Of a stretch of 64,000 nt of DNA, positions 23,284 through 36,000 are shown in pieces. This stretch comes from Macrostomum lignano. Its lineage: Eukaryota. The stretch spans positions 109,228 through 173,227 of the forward strand of contig NIVC01002443.1 in NCBI GenBank assembly GCA_002269645.1, read 5' to 3'. The number at the start of each line of letters is the position of its first letter. The stretch's first letter is position 1. Made by a program: the position numbers and the translations under genes. The notes beneath the pieces are model-generated. The model was not told where the DNA came from. It saw nothing but the letters and a program-made list of their open reading frames with translations, and made no database searches.

Positions 23284-25537
23284 TACTTTCCAAGAAACCA
23301 ATCCCGAATTCAGGGCTGTGGCTCGCTACTTCTTCTGGTTCGATCTGCTCTGTTACGCCGTGTTCCTCTGCTGCTTGACAGCGTTCGTGGCGGACAACGG
23401 ACCCCTGCCACTGTGGGAGATTGACACCCAAACCGGTTGCAGAAACTACACCACTGATGGAGTGTCTTCCGTAAGAATTTCACTTGAGCCTTTCTAATAC
23501 GGAACGAATAGAACGAATATAGTCAAGCATTATTTCCTCCTCTAACATGCAACAGGGCACGCGGCAGAAGCTGACCAATCCGACGCTGATCCTTGAGAAG
23601 GCCATCGTTATCGGCATCTTGTCGATTCGATTAGTGATTGAAACTGTTAAAGTGGCTTTCAAGGTAAAAATTATAGGAAAATTTATGCAACCTGACATAA
23701 TTTGAGCTCTCTGACCTCAGAATTTTCATCCCCGATGCATATTCATTCCAGAGACTTCAATACTTCAAGAACTATGAAAACTTTTTCTTCATAGTTCTGT
23801 ACATCTTCACGTTTATATTCGTGTACCCTCCGGACAGCGAGCCCTGCCAGTACAACTGGATCTGCGGCATGTTCAGCGTCATCATGGCTTGGTGCCTGCT
23901 CATCTTCCAGTTCGAGCAGTGAGTAATAGTATTGTAAATAGCCTAGGAAACGAGTCAGAGTTTCTCGCCAAGAACCTTAGTTCCAAGAACCTCCAACGCA
24001 CAGAGTGCACATTGCCTGACGATTCGAAAGTCATCGCCGCTGTGTACACCCTGTGTGGGCGTGTGTAATCGGCGCGCAATGGGTTATTTATTTTGTTATG
24101 ATTAGCAGTAGCAGTAGTAGTAGTAGCAGTATTAATATAGTAGTAATAGATGACCGACGATCCTACAAACCCATTTCCAGCCTCCCTAAAATAGGCATCT
24201 ACTCGCTGATGTTCCAACAAGTGATTGTGTCGCTAGTGAAGGTGCTGGTCATATTTTCATTCTGCATCATTGGATTTGCGCTGGCGTTTAATATCGGAAT
24301 GGTTGCTCAGGTATTTCGAGGTGTTTTAGAGATTTCCGTTTGATTCGTGATGTTACTTGCTTCTCGTAAGATGCTTCTCGTCTTATTGTGCCTTTTCCAG
24401 ACGCCTTTCAAATACATCACCTACTCGATTTTGAAGACATTCGACATGACTGTTGGTGAACTTGATTTCGTGACCTATTTTATATCCAACTCTTATGGCG
24501 GAATGCAGACGGGTCTCCTAGTTGTGTTCGTCATCTTCGTTATCATTATGCCTATTGGACTGATGAATTTACTGGTAAGCGCAGGTTTGGTGTACGCACT
24601 ACTCATGGTCTTTGAACTCCGATAATCAACAGCATAAAAACTTATTTCTGTTGCACAGGTGGGCATTGCAGTTGGAGATATTGATGGAATATCGAAAGAG
24701 GCCAGCTTAAAATTGATTGACATTCGGGTTAGTAGAAAATTATCTGTTTCAACGTTGCCTTTGATTTAACTGCTTTACACTCATTTCTGTTCTTCTTTTT
24801 ATTCTTTCTCTGATCCAACCCTCCATCCCTCTTCCCCCATAACCCCTCCCCGATTCAACCCCCCTATCACTCTTACCCCCCACCATCCCTCCCCGATTCA
24901 ACCCCCTATCTCTCTTACCCCCCCAACATCCCTCCCCGATTCAACCCCCTATCACTCTTACCCCCACCATCCCTCCCCGATTCAACCCCCTATCTCTCTT
25001 ACCCCCCCCAACATCCCTCCCCGATTCAACCCCCTATCTCTCTTACCCCCACCATCCCTCCCCGATTCAACCCCCTATCTCTCTTACCCCCACCATCTTT
25101 CCCCGATCCACCCCCTATCTCTCTTACCCCCTCCCACCAACGCTCCCCGATCCACACCCCTAACTTTCTTACTCTTACCGCCAACCCCTGTCCAATTCGA
25201 TCTCTTATCTTTCTTACCCCTCCAACTATCTCCTACATTTAACCTCACGACAATTTCCCAAATTTAGATCACTCTATTCTACGAGCTGGAGACCAACCTG
25301 CCGCGTTATTTTCAACGCCGTTTACATCGTCGCTTCATTCAAGTCTATCCAAATAGAATTGGCAACAGCGTATCCGAATACCTGTGGCCCTACGGAGCCC
25401 AGTACCGTGACTGGGTGCAGCGGTGCGCCGATGCGAGAGCGGAGACTAGTAACGAAGAGCGATTGATACTTATGGAGTCCAATATTCAACAGCTAAATTC
25501 GAAATTGGAAGAGATTAAGAAGACAATTAGCCGATAA
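16728..25537 (+). CDS. TRPA1: TRPA-family (TRPA1-like) channel, paralog B; 22 exons, ~1172 aa, ~17 ankyrin repeats
   Basis: Exons 16728-17156, 17730-18074, 18146-18250, 18537-18645, 18726-18823, 18910-18957, 19604-19728, 19821-19869, 20009-20308, 20432-20688, 20791-20902, 21587-21759, 21990-22074, 22163-22222, 22587-22735, 23314-23470, 23556-23663, 23752-23918, 24181-24310, 24401-24574, 24659-24727, 25268-25537. All GT-AG, 3519 nt, open frame. Motifs [16 protein letters not shown], pore [21 protein letters not shown] and a C-terminal coiled coil. Strict orthology to TRPA1 not tested. Confidence 0.88.
17262..17650. repeat. 32-bp minisatellite (gacacgtcattcctgggattagtcacatcaaa), TRPA-B intron 1
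   Basis: Tandem units visible. Confidence 0.9.
19008..19500. repeat. 16-bp minisatellite (ggtcacttcagggaca), TRPA-B intron
   Basis: About 30 nearly perfect units. Confidence 0.95.
21045..21135. repeat. (TATC)n microsatellite
   Basis: Perfect tetranucleotide run. Confidence 0.95.
22800..23281. repeat. (GACA)n microsatellite, TRPA-B intron
   Basis: Tetranucleotide run; explains the CLSV ORFs. Confidence 0.95.
24820..25260. repeat. ~42-45 bp C-rich minisatellite in the last TRPA-B intron
   Basis: Repeated ccctccccgattcaaccccctatctctcttaccccc. Confidence 0.85.
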
Positions 25538-25869
25538 ACCTAATCAACAGGTTGCGTCAGTTTCACGTTTAACACAGAAGGTTTTGTTAATATGCTTAAA
25601 ATGCGTTAAATGGAAAAACTCTTGGCTTGTTTCTGAAGTGTTTTTAAGCTATGTTTATACATGTAACAGGTACGTATTTTATGCGATTAAAATAGCGTTG
25701 TAAATTTGCGCTTCAATGTAAAATTGATATTAAAGTATTTTATCTCTATTGAATCTAATGAAATCATGATTATTCAATCCCTAAGTTTAAAGGCCATAAA
25801 GACAAACGATAAATTGTCGCAAAAAGATGGTATTATAATTTTTTGTCGTTGAAAGATGTTGACAGATTG

Positions 25870-26540
25870 GGAAAATCAAGTCATTGAGTTATAGACTTGT
25901 TGTCAATATCAGGTCATTGATGGATGGCTTGTCAACACCAAGTCATTGGTAGATGGCTTGTCAACATCAGGTCATTGGTAGATGGCTTGTCAACATCAAG
26001 TCATTAATGGATGGATTGTAAACATCAAGTCATTGATGGATGGATTGTAATCATCAAGTCATTGATGGATGGATTGTAAACATCAAGTCATTGATGGATG
26101 GATTGTAAACATCAGGTCATTGATAGATATATTGTAAACATCAGGTCATTGGTAGATGACTTGTCAACATCAAGTCATTGATAGATGGATTGTAAACATC
26201 AGGTCATTGGTAGATGGCTTGTCAACATCAAGTCATTGATAGACGGATTGTCAAAATCAAATCATTGATAGACGGATTGTCAACATCAGGTCATTGGTAG
26301 ATGGCTTGTCAACATCAAGTCATTAATGGATGTATTGTAAACATCAAGTCATTGATGGATGGATTGTAAACATCAGGTCATTGATGGATGGATTGTAAAC
26401 ATCAGGTCATTGATAGATGGATTGTAAACATCAGGTCATTGATAGATGGATTGTAAACATCAGGTCATTGATAGATAGATTGTAAACATCATGTCATTGG
26501 TAGATGGCTTGTCAACATCAAGTCATTGATAGATGGATTG
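25870..26540. repeat. 29-bp minisatellite (acatcaggtcattgatagatggattgtaa)
   Basis: Tandem degenerate units. Confidence 0.9.
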
Positions 26541-27090
26541 CAGTAAGTTTTCGTTAGTAGACTTTGGTGATTAACTATGCGCCTAAAACCTGTCGCAAGT
26601 CTACACAGGTTGCAGCACAGGGGTCACTGTGAGGGCAAGTGTCAGCCAACCTGCTTGCTTTGATCCTGCTGCAAAATGTTAATCGGAAATGCAAAGTCAT
26701 TGGGGCTTCTTTTGCTTCTGGCAGCCAGAATTGCGATTCCCTTGCCGGGGGCCGAAATTCTCACTGAGGATTTTTTGCCTTGGAATGATCAAGGAATTGG
26801 GACTGGCTCGGTCCTCTCTTCTCTCTCCTCTCCCCTCTCTCCTCCTCTCCCCTCTCTTGTCTGTGCTTCGACGAGATCCTTGGTGTATTTCTCTTACCCT
26901 GGGTTTTTAGGGCCGCGTGTGCGACTTCGGCCACGACCCAGCAGTAGGATACATGTAAAAAGAGACAGGATCGCTCTGGAAAAGCACTGCAAAGAGACGC
27001 CAGTTTACTGACAAAGGCTTTTTGGTGGCGTCGCTCTGCATAGAATCGATAAATATTAGTCTTATAACATACTGCAGGTAGAAGTTTAAC

Positions 27091-30000
27091 ATGTCACCGA
27101 ATTCCAGCTTAGCTAAAAGATTGATGCCTCTGTTAATGTTTATCAACATTGGACTTCTGATGCTACTACCTCTTCAAGGTGAGTTATTTGCACGTAAATT
27201 GTTGCTTTAATAATTGAAGGATTAACATTAGGTACTAAGGTGCTCGTACACTATAGAGTTTTTCTTGCTAAGTTAACAAGGTTTCTACTTTTCTAGATAC
27301 AATCTAGATAAAAATTAGCCTAAAATAAAACGAACATAATTCACTGATTACTGCTGCTTTAATCAAGTTACAGAAAGTAATCATGTAGGATTTTACGTGA
27401 GTGTATTTTGCTTTTGTGTGTCAGCTGTATCATTGCTCTCGATGACCATAAAGTGCAAAGTTCATTAAGATTCTGTAGAAGGAAGGGGAGCATGCAATAA
27501 AGTGCCGACGTCTCTAGGCTGAGATTAGGGCAGAGGAATTTGAATAAAAATATTGAGGACGCGCCAATCTTTTATAAGCTTTTATAAATTTATGGCATAG
27601 AGTCAGTTGAATTCATATGAACTGATTTCTAGACTGCAATAAAACTTACATTATCATTAGAGCCAGTTAGAATTCTGCATCGCCTCCATTTGCCAGAAAA
27701 TGGTGCCAGCATTAGCTGGGGTAATTGTGGCTGTGTGTGGCGACCCCCCAGTCCTTGGACTGAACAGCCGTACGCAGCCTTCAGATGCGCCGCGCAATAG
27801 CTGCGGCTGAGCTGTCGGTTGCACATCTCAGGTGTATTCAATCATTCAATCAATTTCTTTTCCGTACTTAGGTTAGAAAGATACTAAACAAGAAAATAAA
27901 CTTTGATTAATTTGCCCCACTATGAGCTATAAAGTGCTTTTGCTATGCAATAGTCAGATTTCGTCTTTTCAGAAGTCAAGAGGGGATTTAAAAGATAGAA
28001 TTTTCGAATTTAGTGACAGACGAATAGCTATACTTTTTGACAATGTAGTTTCGAGGTGATGAGGTATCGAAGCATCTAGATTCCAGGTTATTAAGATTAG
28101 AGTTTAGGAAGATTCGAACCTGTGAAGCTTCGAGTTTGTGAAGATTCGGGTTTGTGAATATTCGAGTTTGTGAGGGTTCGAGTTCGTGAAGATTCGAGTT
28201 TACAAGATTCGAGTTTACAAGATTCGAGTTTGTGAATTTTCGAGTTTGTGAAGATTCAAGTTTGTGAATTTTCGAGCTTGTGAAGATTCGGGTTTGTGAA
28301 GATTCAAGTTTGTGAAGCTTCGAGTTTGTGAAGATTTGAGTTTGTGAAGATTTGAGTTTGTGAAGATTCGGGTTTGTGAAGATTCAGGTTTGTGAAGATT
28401 CGGGTTTGTGAAGATTCGGGTTTGTGAAGATTTGAGTTTGTGAAGATTCGAGTTTGTGAAGATTCTGGTTTGTGAAGATTCGAGTTTGTGAAGATTCGAG
28501 TTTGTGAAGATTCGAGTTTGTGAAGATTCGAGTTTGTGAAGATTCGGGTTTGTGAAAATTCGAGTTTTTGAATATTTGAGTTTTTGAATATTTGAGTTTG
28601 TGAATTTTCGAATTTGTGAAGATTCGAGTTTGTGAAGCTTCGAGTTTGTGAAGTTTCGAACTGTTATCTCTAGGCCCAATTCTTTAGAAATAGTTCTTGC
28701 ACAGTCCCAATGCCGCAATGACCTGATAGTCTCTCTTAACTCTCTCTGTCTCTGTACCATATAATCCATGTAATTGCACATGCGACCAACTGGAGTATAA
28801 ATATGTCGAGATAAACAGCTCGAACATATGATTGGTGTTATGCTTCAGTTGAGCTGGGAAATATTGCCATACTAGTGGGCTACTATTCGGGCGCCAGAAT
28901 AAAAACAGCGAGTGGAAAGTGCTGGAGGGGAAGAGGGAGGCGGGGTAAGAGTGGGAGACACGAGGCGCAGCAGGAATGGGTAGGCTTCATCCGGTATGGG
29001 AGCTGGTAGCCGCTGCGATGCATTAGAGAGTTCGGCATCGGGGGAGAAAGGGATTTGATAATCTGGGCCCAGCGCTCTGCCAGTTTTGAAGGCTTGCGCG
29101 GAGAGAGGAAAAACAGATTGACTGTAGAGCCGAGCTTTGGGTGGACAGACTAAGCTGTGTGATATGGGACATGTGCAACGGCTGAAAATAAACCAGCCAG
29201 AAAGCCTACGGGGCCTGATCGACTCAAAATCTTAATTCACATTTCTCTGCTTTGCTGACTTCTCTGCTCTTTCTTGCATCTTTCATTATGAAATGGATTT
29301 CTGAGCTAAAGCAGGGGTGCAATTCCGTCTGAAGTTTAATCATGAACTCACTCATGATCTCACTCATGAAATCACTCATGATCTCACTCATGATCTCACT
29401 CATGAAATCACTCATGAACTCACTCATGAACTCACTCATGAACTCACTCATGAACTCACTCATGAACTCACTCATGAACTCACTCATGAACTCACTCATG
29501 AACTCACTCATGAACTCACTCATGAAATCACTCATGAACTCACTCATGAAATCACTCATGAACTCACTCATGATCTCACTCATGAACTCACTCATGAACT
29601 CACTCATGAACTCACTCATGAACTCACTCATGAAATCACTCATGAACTCACTCATGAACTCACTCATGAAATCACTCATGAACTCACTCATGAAATCACT
29701 CATGAACTCACTCATGATCTCACTCATGAACTCACTCATGAACTCACTCATGAACTCACTCATGAACTCACTCATGAAATCACTCATGATCTCACTCATG
29801 ATCTCACTCATGAAATCACTCATGAAATCACTCACACACTCACTCATGAACTCACTCATGATCTCACTCATGAACTCACTCATGATCTCACTCATGAAAT
29901 CACTCATGAACTCACTAATGAAATCACTCATGAACTCACTCATGAAATCACTCATGAACTCACTCATGAACTCACTCATGAACTCACTCATGAACTCACT

Positions 30001-33000
30001 CATGAAATCACTCATGAACTCACTCATGAACTCACTCATGAACTCACTCATGATCTCACTCATGAACTCACTCATGAACTCACTCATGAACTCACTCATG
30101 AACTCACTCATGAACTCACTCATGAACTCACTCATGAACTCACTTATGAACTCACTCATGAACTCACTCATGAAATCACTCATGAACTCACTCATGAACT
30201 CACTCATGAACTCACTCATGAACTCACTCATGAAATCACTCATGAACTCACTCACACACTCACTCATGAAATCACTCATGAACTCACTCAAGAACTCACT
30301 CATGAACTCACTCATGAACTCACTCATGAACTCACTCATGAACTCACTCATGAACTCACTCATGAACTCACTCATGAAATCACTCATGAACTCACTCATG
30401 AACTCACTCATGAAATCACTCATGAACTCACTCACACACTCACTCATGAAATCACTCATGAACTCACTCAAGAACTCACTCATGAACTCACTCATGAACT
30501 CACTCATGAACTCACTCATGAACTCACTCATGAACTCACTCATGAACTCACTCATGAAATCACTCATGAACTTACTCATGAACTTACTCACAAACTCTAT
30601 TAGGAAATCAACAATGAATTCATTTATTAACTGATTAAAAGTCGTTAAAATCAGTCGTATAAAATAGACGCTAAGGACAAGTATTGTACATAAGTTGCAT
30701 GCATAAAAAATGGTCCTTTGTGTCAAGCACTTGACAGCAGTCAATCTTGATCGGGATGAGGGTGCATGCAAGTGAGCACTTGAGCAGCAGTCAGGAGATT
30801 ATACTGAATTGACTTCAAAATAATTCTTCCCAGTGAAATAATGAAGATTTTGCTAACTGAATCAGATTGCTAGGGGTATAAAAGATTAAGCCAGCAGTTT
30901 TGATTAGTGTGAAGTATAATACTAGTATATACTGGCTTTGCGAGGGATTACTGGGAAGCTAAGACTGGGGATTACGTATGATTTCGGTCAAGGCCTCTCT
31001 GCACAACAGAAAATACATAGTAACTCTATTTATTTGGGAAGTTCTATGCACACTTGACATAGTGCCATACTTCAAACCCTGCCTCGGATCTTCAGAGGGT
31101 ATTAATCGTGCGCTATGTACACTCTCTGATCGGTCTTGAAGGGGTGTTTTTCTCATATTCTGATTCTTCATTATTTAGGTATTTAGCCACGTTTTGCAAT
31201 TAGTTATTAGAAGTACTAATGCATCACACCAAATATTTCAGGGGCAATTCTCGAATTTGATCTTCTGAGGGTATTTATCCCACATCCTGGATCTTTGGAA
31301 CGGTATTTACATGCATATAATCGAACATCTTGGATCTCCGGAAGGGTGTTTATCTAACCGAACATCCTGGATCTCAAGAAGGATATCTATTCAACATCCC
31401 GGATCTCAAGAAGGGTATTTATATAACCGAACATCCTGGATCTCTAGAGGGTATTTATTTCTCGCCAGGAAATACTCAGAGGGTATTTGTCGCATACCAA
31501 AATCCTCGTTCTTGTACCCGTATCTTCGTATAAAGCTAAGCGTGACTTTTGTGTCCAAATAAGAACACCCAGAAACAAGCAGATTAACAATGCAAATCTT
31601 CAGCCTCGGGCCTGCGCAAAGGCATGTTCCGCCGGAAGGACCGGGGCGGCAGCCGCGGCAGCGACGGAAGCGGCGGAGACAGCGGGCCGTTGAGCCGCAG
31701 CTGGCCTTGGCACTCGTTGAACGCCAGCGAGATGGAGAACCGCAGCTTCGAATACCAGATCAAGGCTACCATCATGGACAGCTATCAGAAAGTGTCTCGG
31801 CCAGTGTTAAACGATAGCGAGCCGGTTGTGGTATTTGTTGGATTCTCGCTCTTTCATATTTTGGACACGGTGAGTTAAAGTACATGATGAACTTTTACTT
31901 ATTTGACAAAGTTAAAACATAGCTATTCAGTACGTGATTCAGTACCGAGTAAAGCAACCATGTACACGCAGAAGTGACGTCACTCGTCGCGGCATTGCTC
32001 CTATGTTTTTATTGGCTGCTATTTATAGCAACCATGAAATATAGCCGAGCACGTGACCAATCTAGGCAGCCAATAAAATGTGGTTAAACATTGCCCTTGT
32101 TGCAATCAAATTGAACTGTAAGTACATATCCGCGAAAGACCCCATCGCAGATGTTCAGACACCGCCATTTTATGGCGATCATTTGAATTCCTGTTTTACC
32201 AGCTGCTAGGCACCTGTTGTTTTGATAAATAACAGAACAGAGAGGAAAAAGCATGAAAAGGGAAAAGCTTGTTTTTCCATTCATATTTTGCGTTTCCATC
32301 AAGAAAGGTGGCAGCAGAGGGCCGGCACTGTTTTTCCACTCGTAATTAATCATTTGCACGGATTATTTGGCTGCAAAAGACCTCACACTAGTGAATACTT
32401 GTGTATAATCTGTAAAAGTACACGCGATCAGATTAATGAATTCAGCTGCCTCGGCACGCAGAACAAGTTCCTAGTTGGAATTCAAGCTCGCTTAGTTAAC
32501 TTTTCCATCAAAGATTCATAGTATATCAGCTTGGATGGAGATCGGCATGCTGTACTGTATAATTAAGGCTCCCTTTTCGGAGTAGCTAAAGAGAGAGAAT
32601 CAAACGACTCAGATCGTATCCTTTCTATATATACGTAAGATGTTTAGTCCGTATTGCGATGCCAAAAAAGAGAGAGAGACAGCATGTAGCATCGCCAGCG
32701 GGAGTAGAGGAAGTAAATTTATATAGAAGACCTCGATCGCTTGTGTAGGGAACTTCCACTTCCTTCTAGAAGAGGAAACTCGTGGAGTGAGGGCAATTTC
32801 GTTTGACCTAAACATGCATGAAGGAAGTAGGAAAGAGGGACTACTTGGCTTGAAGGCACTGCACAGGCGGTGGGGACAGCAAATACCAAAACTTTTTTCC
32901 GCAGCGTTTCACTCCATTTTGCTTATATTGGATAGAGTTCGTTGGCACTCCTACGAGTAAAGTGCATATATCCAGATATCATTTATTAATATAACAGACT

Positions 33001-36000
33001 CAAAACGCTAACTTTCAATTTCAACAGGACGAAAAATACCAGACTATGAAGTCGCTGATTTCAGTTCGATTGGTAGGTGTTGAATCAATTTTAGCGTACC
33101 TAATTGATATATTTCATATTATAATTCAGTAAAGTGAATAACTCGGTATCACAAAACAATAATCTCATCTCTCAGCGTTGGACAGACAGCTACTTGCAAT
33201 GGGACCCTGAAGAGTTCGGCAACACCAGCAAGATTTGGATCTCGGCCAGTAATCTCTGGCTACCGGATATCCTTATCAGCAACTAGTGAGTCTTTAAAGT
33301 AATATTGTACGCAAGGATATATAGAATAACCATAGAATCCTACTTCTATCAAAATCAATTACAATTTTTCTGCTGAAAGAAATGACAAGCTCTTGTCTCC
33401 GCAATGTCTTCTTTCGGTAAAACCGGCCTCCTAAAATTTCCCAGGAAACGTCGTAACCCGTCTTTCCTAAAAATTGTTAAAAACTCAACTTTTCCTTTCA
33501 AGCGCCGATGACGACTATAGCGAGCACATCAACACCAACGCCATCGTGAGCAGCGATGGCACAGTGCTGTGGATGTACCCCATGGTTACTAAAACCTATT
33601 GCGAATTCGACATTGAACTGTTCCCATTCGACAGCCAGATCTGCAATGTGTCCTTCTTCTCCTGGACTTTCGGCAGCAGAATGGTGAGGGGTGAAAATGA
33701 CATTCAGTGAATAGTCTATGGCAGAGGTCGGAAAACTCCGGCTGTTCAATCCAAGGACTGGGGGGGTCGCCAGACACACGCCCTCAATTACCCCAGCTAA
33801 TGCTGGCACCCATTTTACAGCTGGATGAACTGAAGCAATGCAGAGTTAAGTGTCTTGCTCAAGGACACAAAATGTTCCGATTGGGTCGAGAATCGAACCT
33901 CCGACCTTTCAGTCGTGAGTCAGACACTCAAACCACTAGACTACAATCCCTCTTATATCCATGTTCAAATTGCTACAAGTATCGGTTAAGTGTTGTCTAT
34001 GCGTGGAATGATAGACCTTACAGGACAAAAAATGAACTGATTTTTTGAACCCTTCAGCTTGACCTCCACATAGACGAGAGCGTGACCAACAACAACTTCT
34101 ACAATCCCGAGGGCCAAGAATGGTTCGTAGAGAAGATCACCCACCTGAGAGAGGTGAAGATATTTGTCTGCTGCAAAGACGACCAGTTTCCCAATGTGCA
34201 CTATCGGATCCATATGCGCAGAAGAAGCCTGTTCTACATTATGAACTTGATATTCCCATGCCTGCTCATCTACTGTTGCTCATTTCTTGGATTCTTTCTG
34301 CCAGTGGAGTCTGGTGAGAAAGTGAACCTTGAAATCACTATCCTGTTGGCGCTGGTGGTGTTCCTCATCATTGCCGGGGAGGTGCTGCCGCCGACGCCTG
34401 ATGTTGTGCCAATACTGGGTGAGTTTATTGAATTAGGTCAATTAGGGCTACTAAAAGTACAAAAGTGGAATACCCCAGCTACTGGTGAGCAAGGGCATAC
34501 TAGCTATCAAAGAGGAATTCCCTAGCTATCAAAGAGGAATTCCCTAGCTATCAAAGAGGAATTCCCTAGCTATCAAAGAGGAATTCCCTAGCTATCAAAG
34601 AGGAATTCCCTAGCTATCAAAGAGGAATTCCCTAGCTATCAAAGAGGAATTCCCTAGCTATCAAAGAGGAATTCACTAGCTATCAAAGAGGAATTCCCTA
34701 GCTATCAAAGAGGAATTCCCTAGCTATCAAAGAGGAATTCACTATCTATCAAAGAGGAATTCACTATCTATCAAAGAGAAATTCCCTAGCTATCAAAGAG
34801 GAATTCCCTAGCTATCAAAGAGGAATTCCCTAGCTACCAAAGAGGAAATCCCTAGCTATCAAAGAGGAATTACCTAGCTATCAAAGAGGAATTCCCTAGC
34901 TATCAAAGAGGAATTCACTATCTATCAAAGAGGAATTTCCTAGCTATCAAAGAGGAATTCCCTAGCTATCAAAGAGGAATTCCCTAGCTATCAAAGAGGA
35001 ATTCCCTAGCTATCAAAGAGGAATTCCCTAGCTATCAAAGAGGAAATCTCTAGCTATCAAAGAGGAATTCCCTAGCTATCAAAGAGGAATTCCCTAGCTA
35101 TCAAAGAGGAATTCCCTAGCTATCAAAGAGGAATTCCCTAGCTATCAAATAGGAATTCCCGAGCTATCAAAGAGGAATTCCCTAGCTATCAAAGAGGAAT
35201 TCCCTAGCTATCAAAGAGGAATTCCCTAGCTATCAAAGAGGAATTCCCTAGCTATCAAAGAGGAAATCTCTAGCTATCAAAGAGGAATTCCCTAGCTATC
35301 AAAGAGGAATTTCCTAGCTATCAAAGAGGAATTCCCTAGCTATCAAAGAGGAATTCCCTAGCTACCAAAAAGGAATTCCTTAGCTACCAAAAAGAAACTC
35401 TTCAGCTGCTATTCACACGGCAATGGGCTAAGGGAATTCCTCTTTGATAGCTAGGGAATTCCATTTAGGTAGCTAGGGAATTCCTTTTTCGTAGCTAGGG
35501 AATCCGTCTTTGATAGCTAGGTTCACTTATTCATGGAACTACTAATCTTAAGAAACTAAGAAAAACTAAAAAGTCTAGTCAATATCACCGATTCAAATAC
35601 TATCACAACCGTCAGGTCTGCTGTACGGCACATCAATGCTGATGGTGTCGGTGGCTCTGATCATGGCCGTCATAGTAACCAATCTCTATAGCAACGCCGC
35701 CAGACTTGATAGGCCCGTGCCAAAGCGGCTACTAAAAGCTTGTCGAGTAATATTATTCTCCTGGTCTGTGCACTGCGTCAGAGGCGGCGACCGAGGCGAC
35801 GGTGGAGTCGATGTTTCGTCGCCGCCCGCTGATGAGGAGGAGGCCTCACCGGTGCTGTCTGGATACAGTGAGTTGTGGGACTGAGAATTGAATTGCCTCA
35901 AAGCTAAGGCTCTAAAAGTTTGTTTGGCGTCTCGATAGGTTTGATATTGGGTTCTAGAGGTCGATATTGGGTTCTAGAGGTCGATATTGGGTGCCAATAT

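Noticed and set aside
26676-27011. ORF with hydrophobic N-terminus as the nAChR signal exon
   Set aside because: No suitable phase-1 donor; 27091-27178 gives a better signal peptide and a correct G|GTGAGT phase-1 junction.
29224-30771. Long ORFs of 428-515 aa (MSEF, HELT and MNSL repeats)
   Set aside because: Translations of a stop-free 12-bp satellite inside nAChR intron 1; open in several frames and on both strands.
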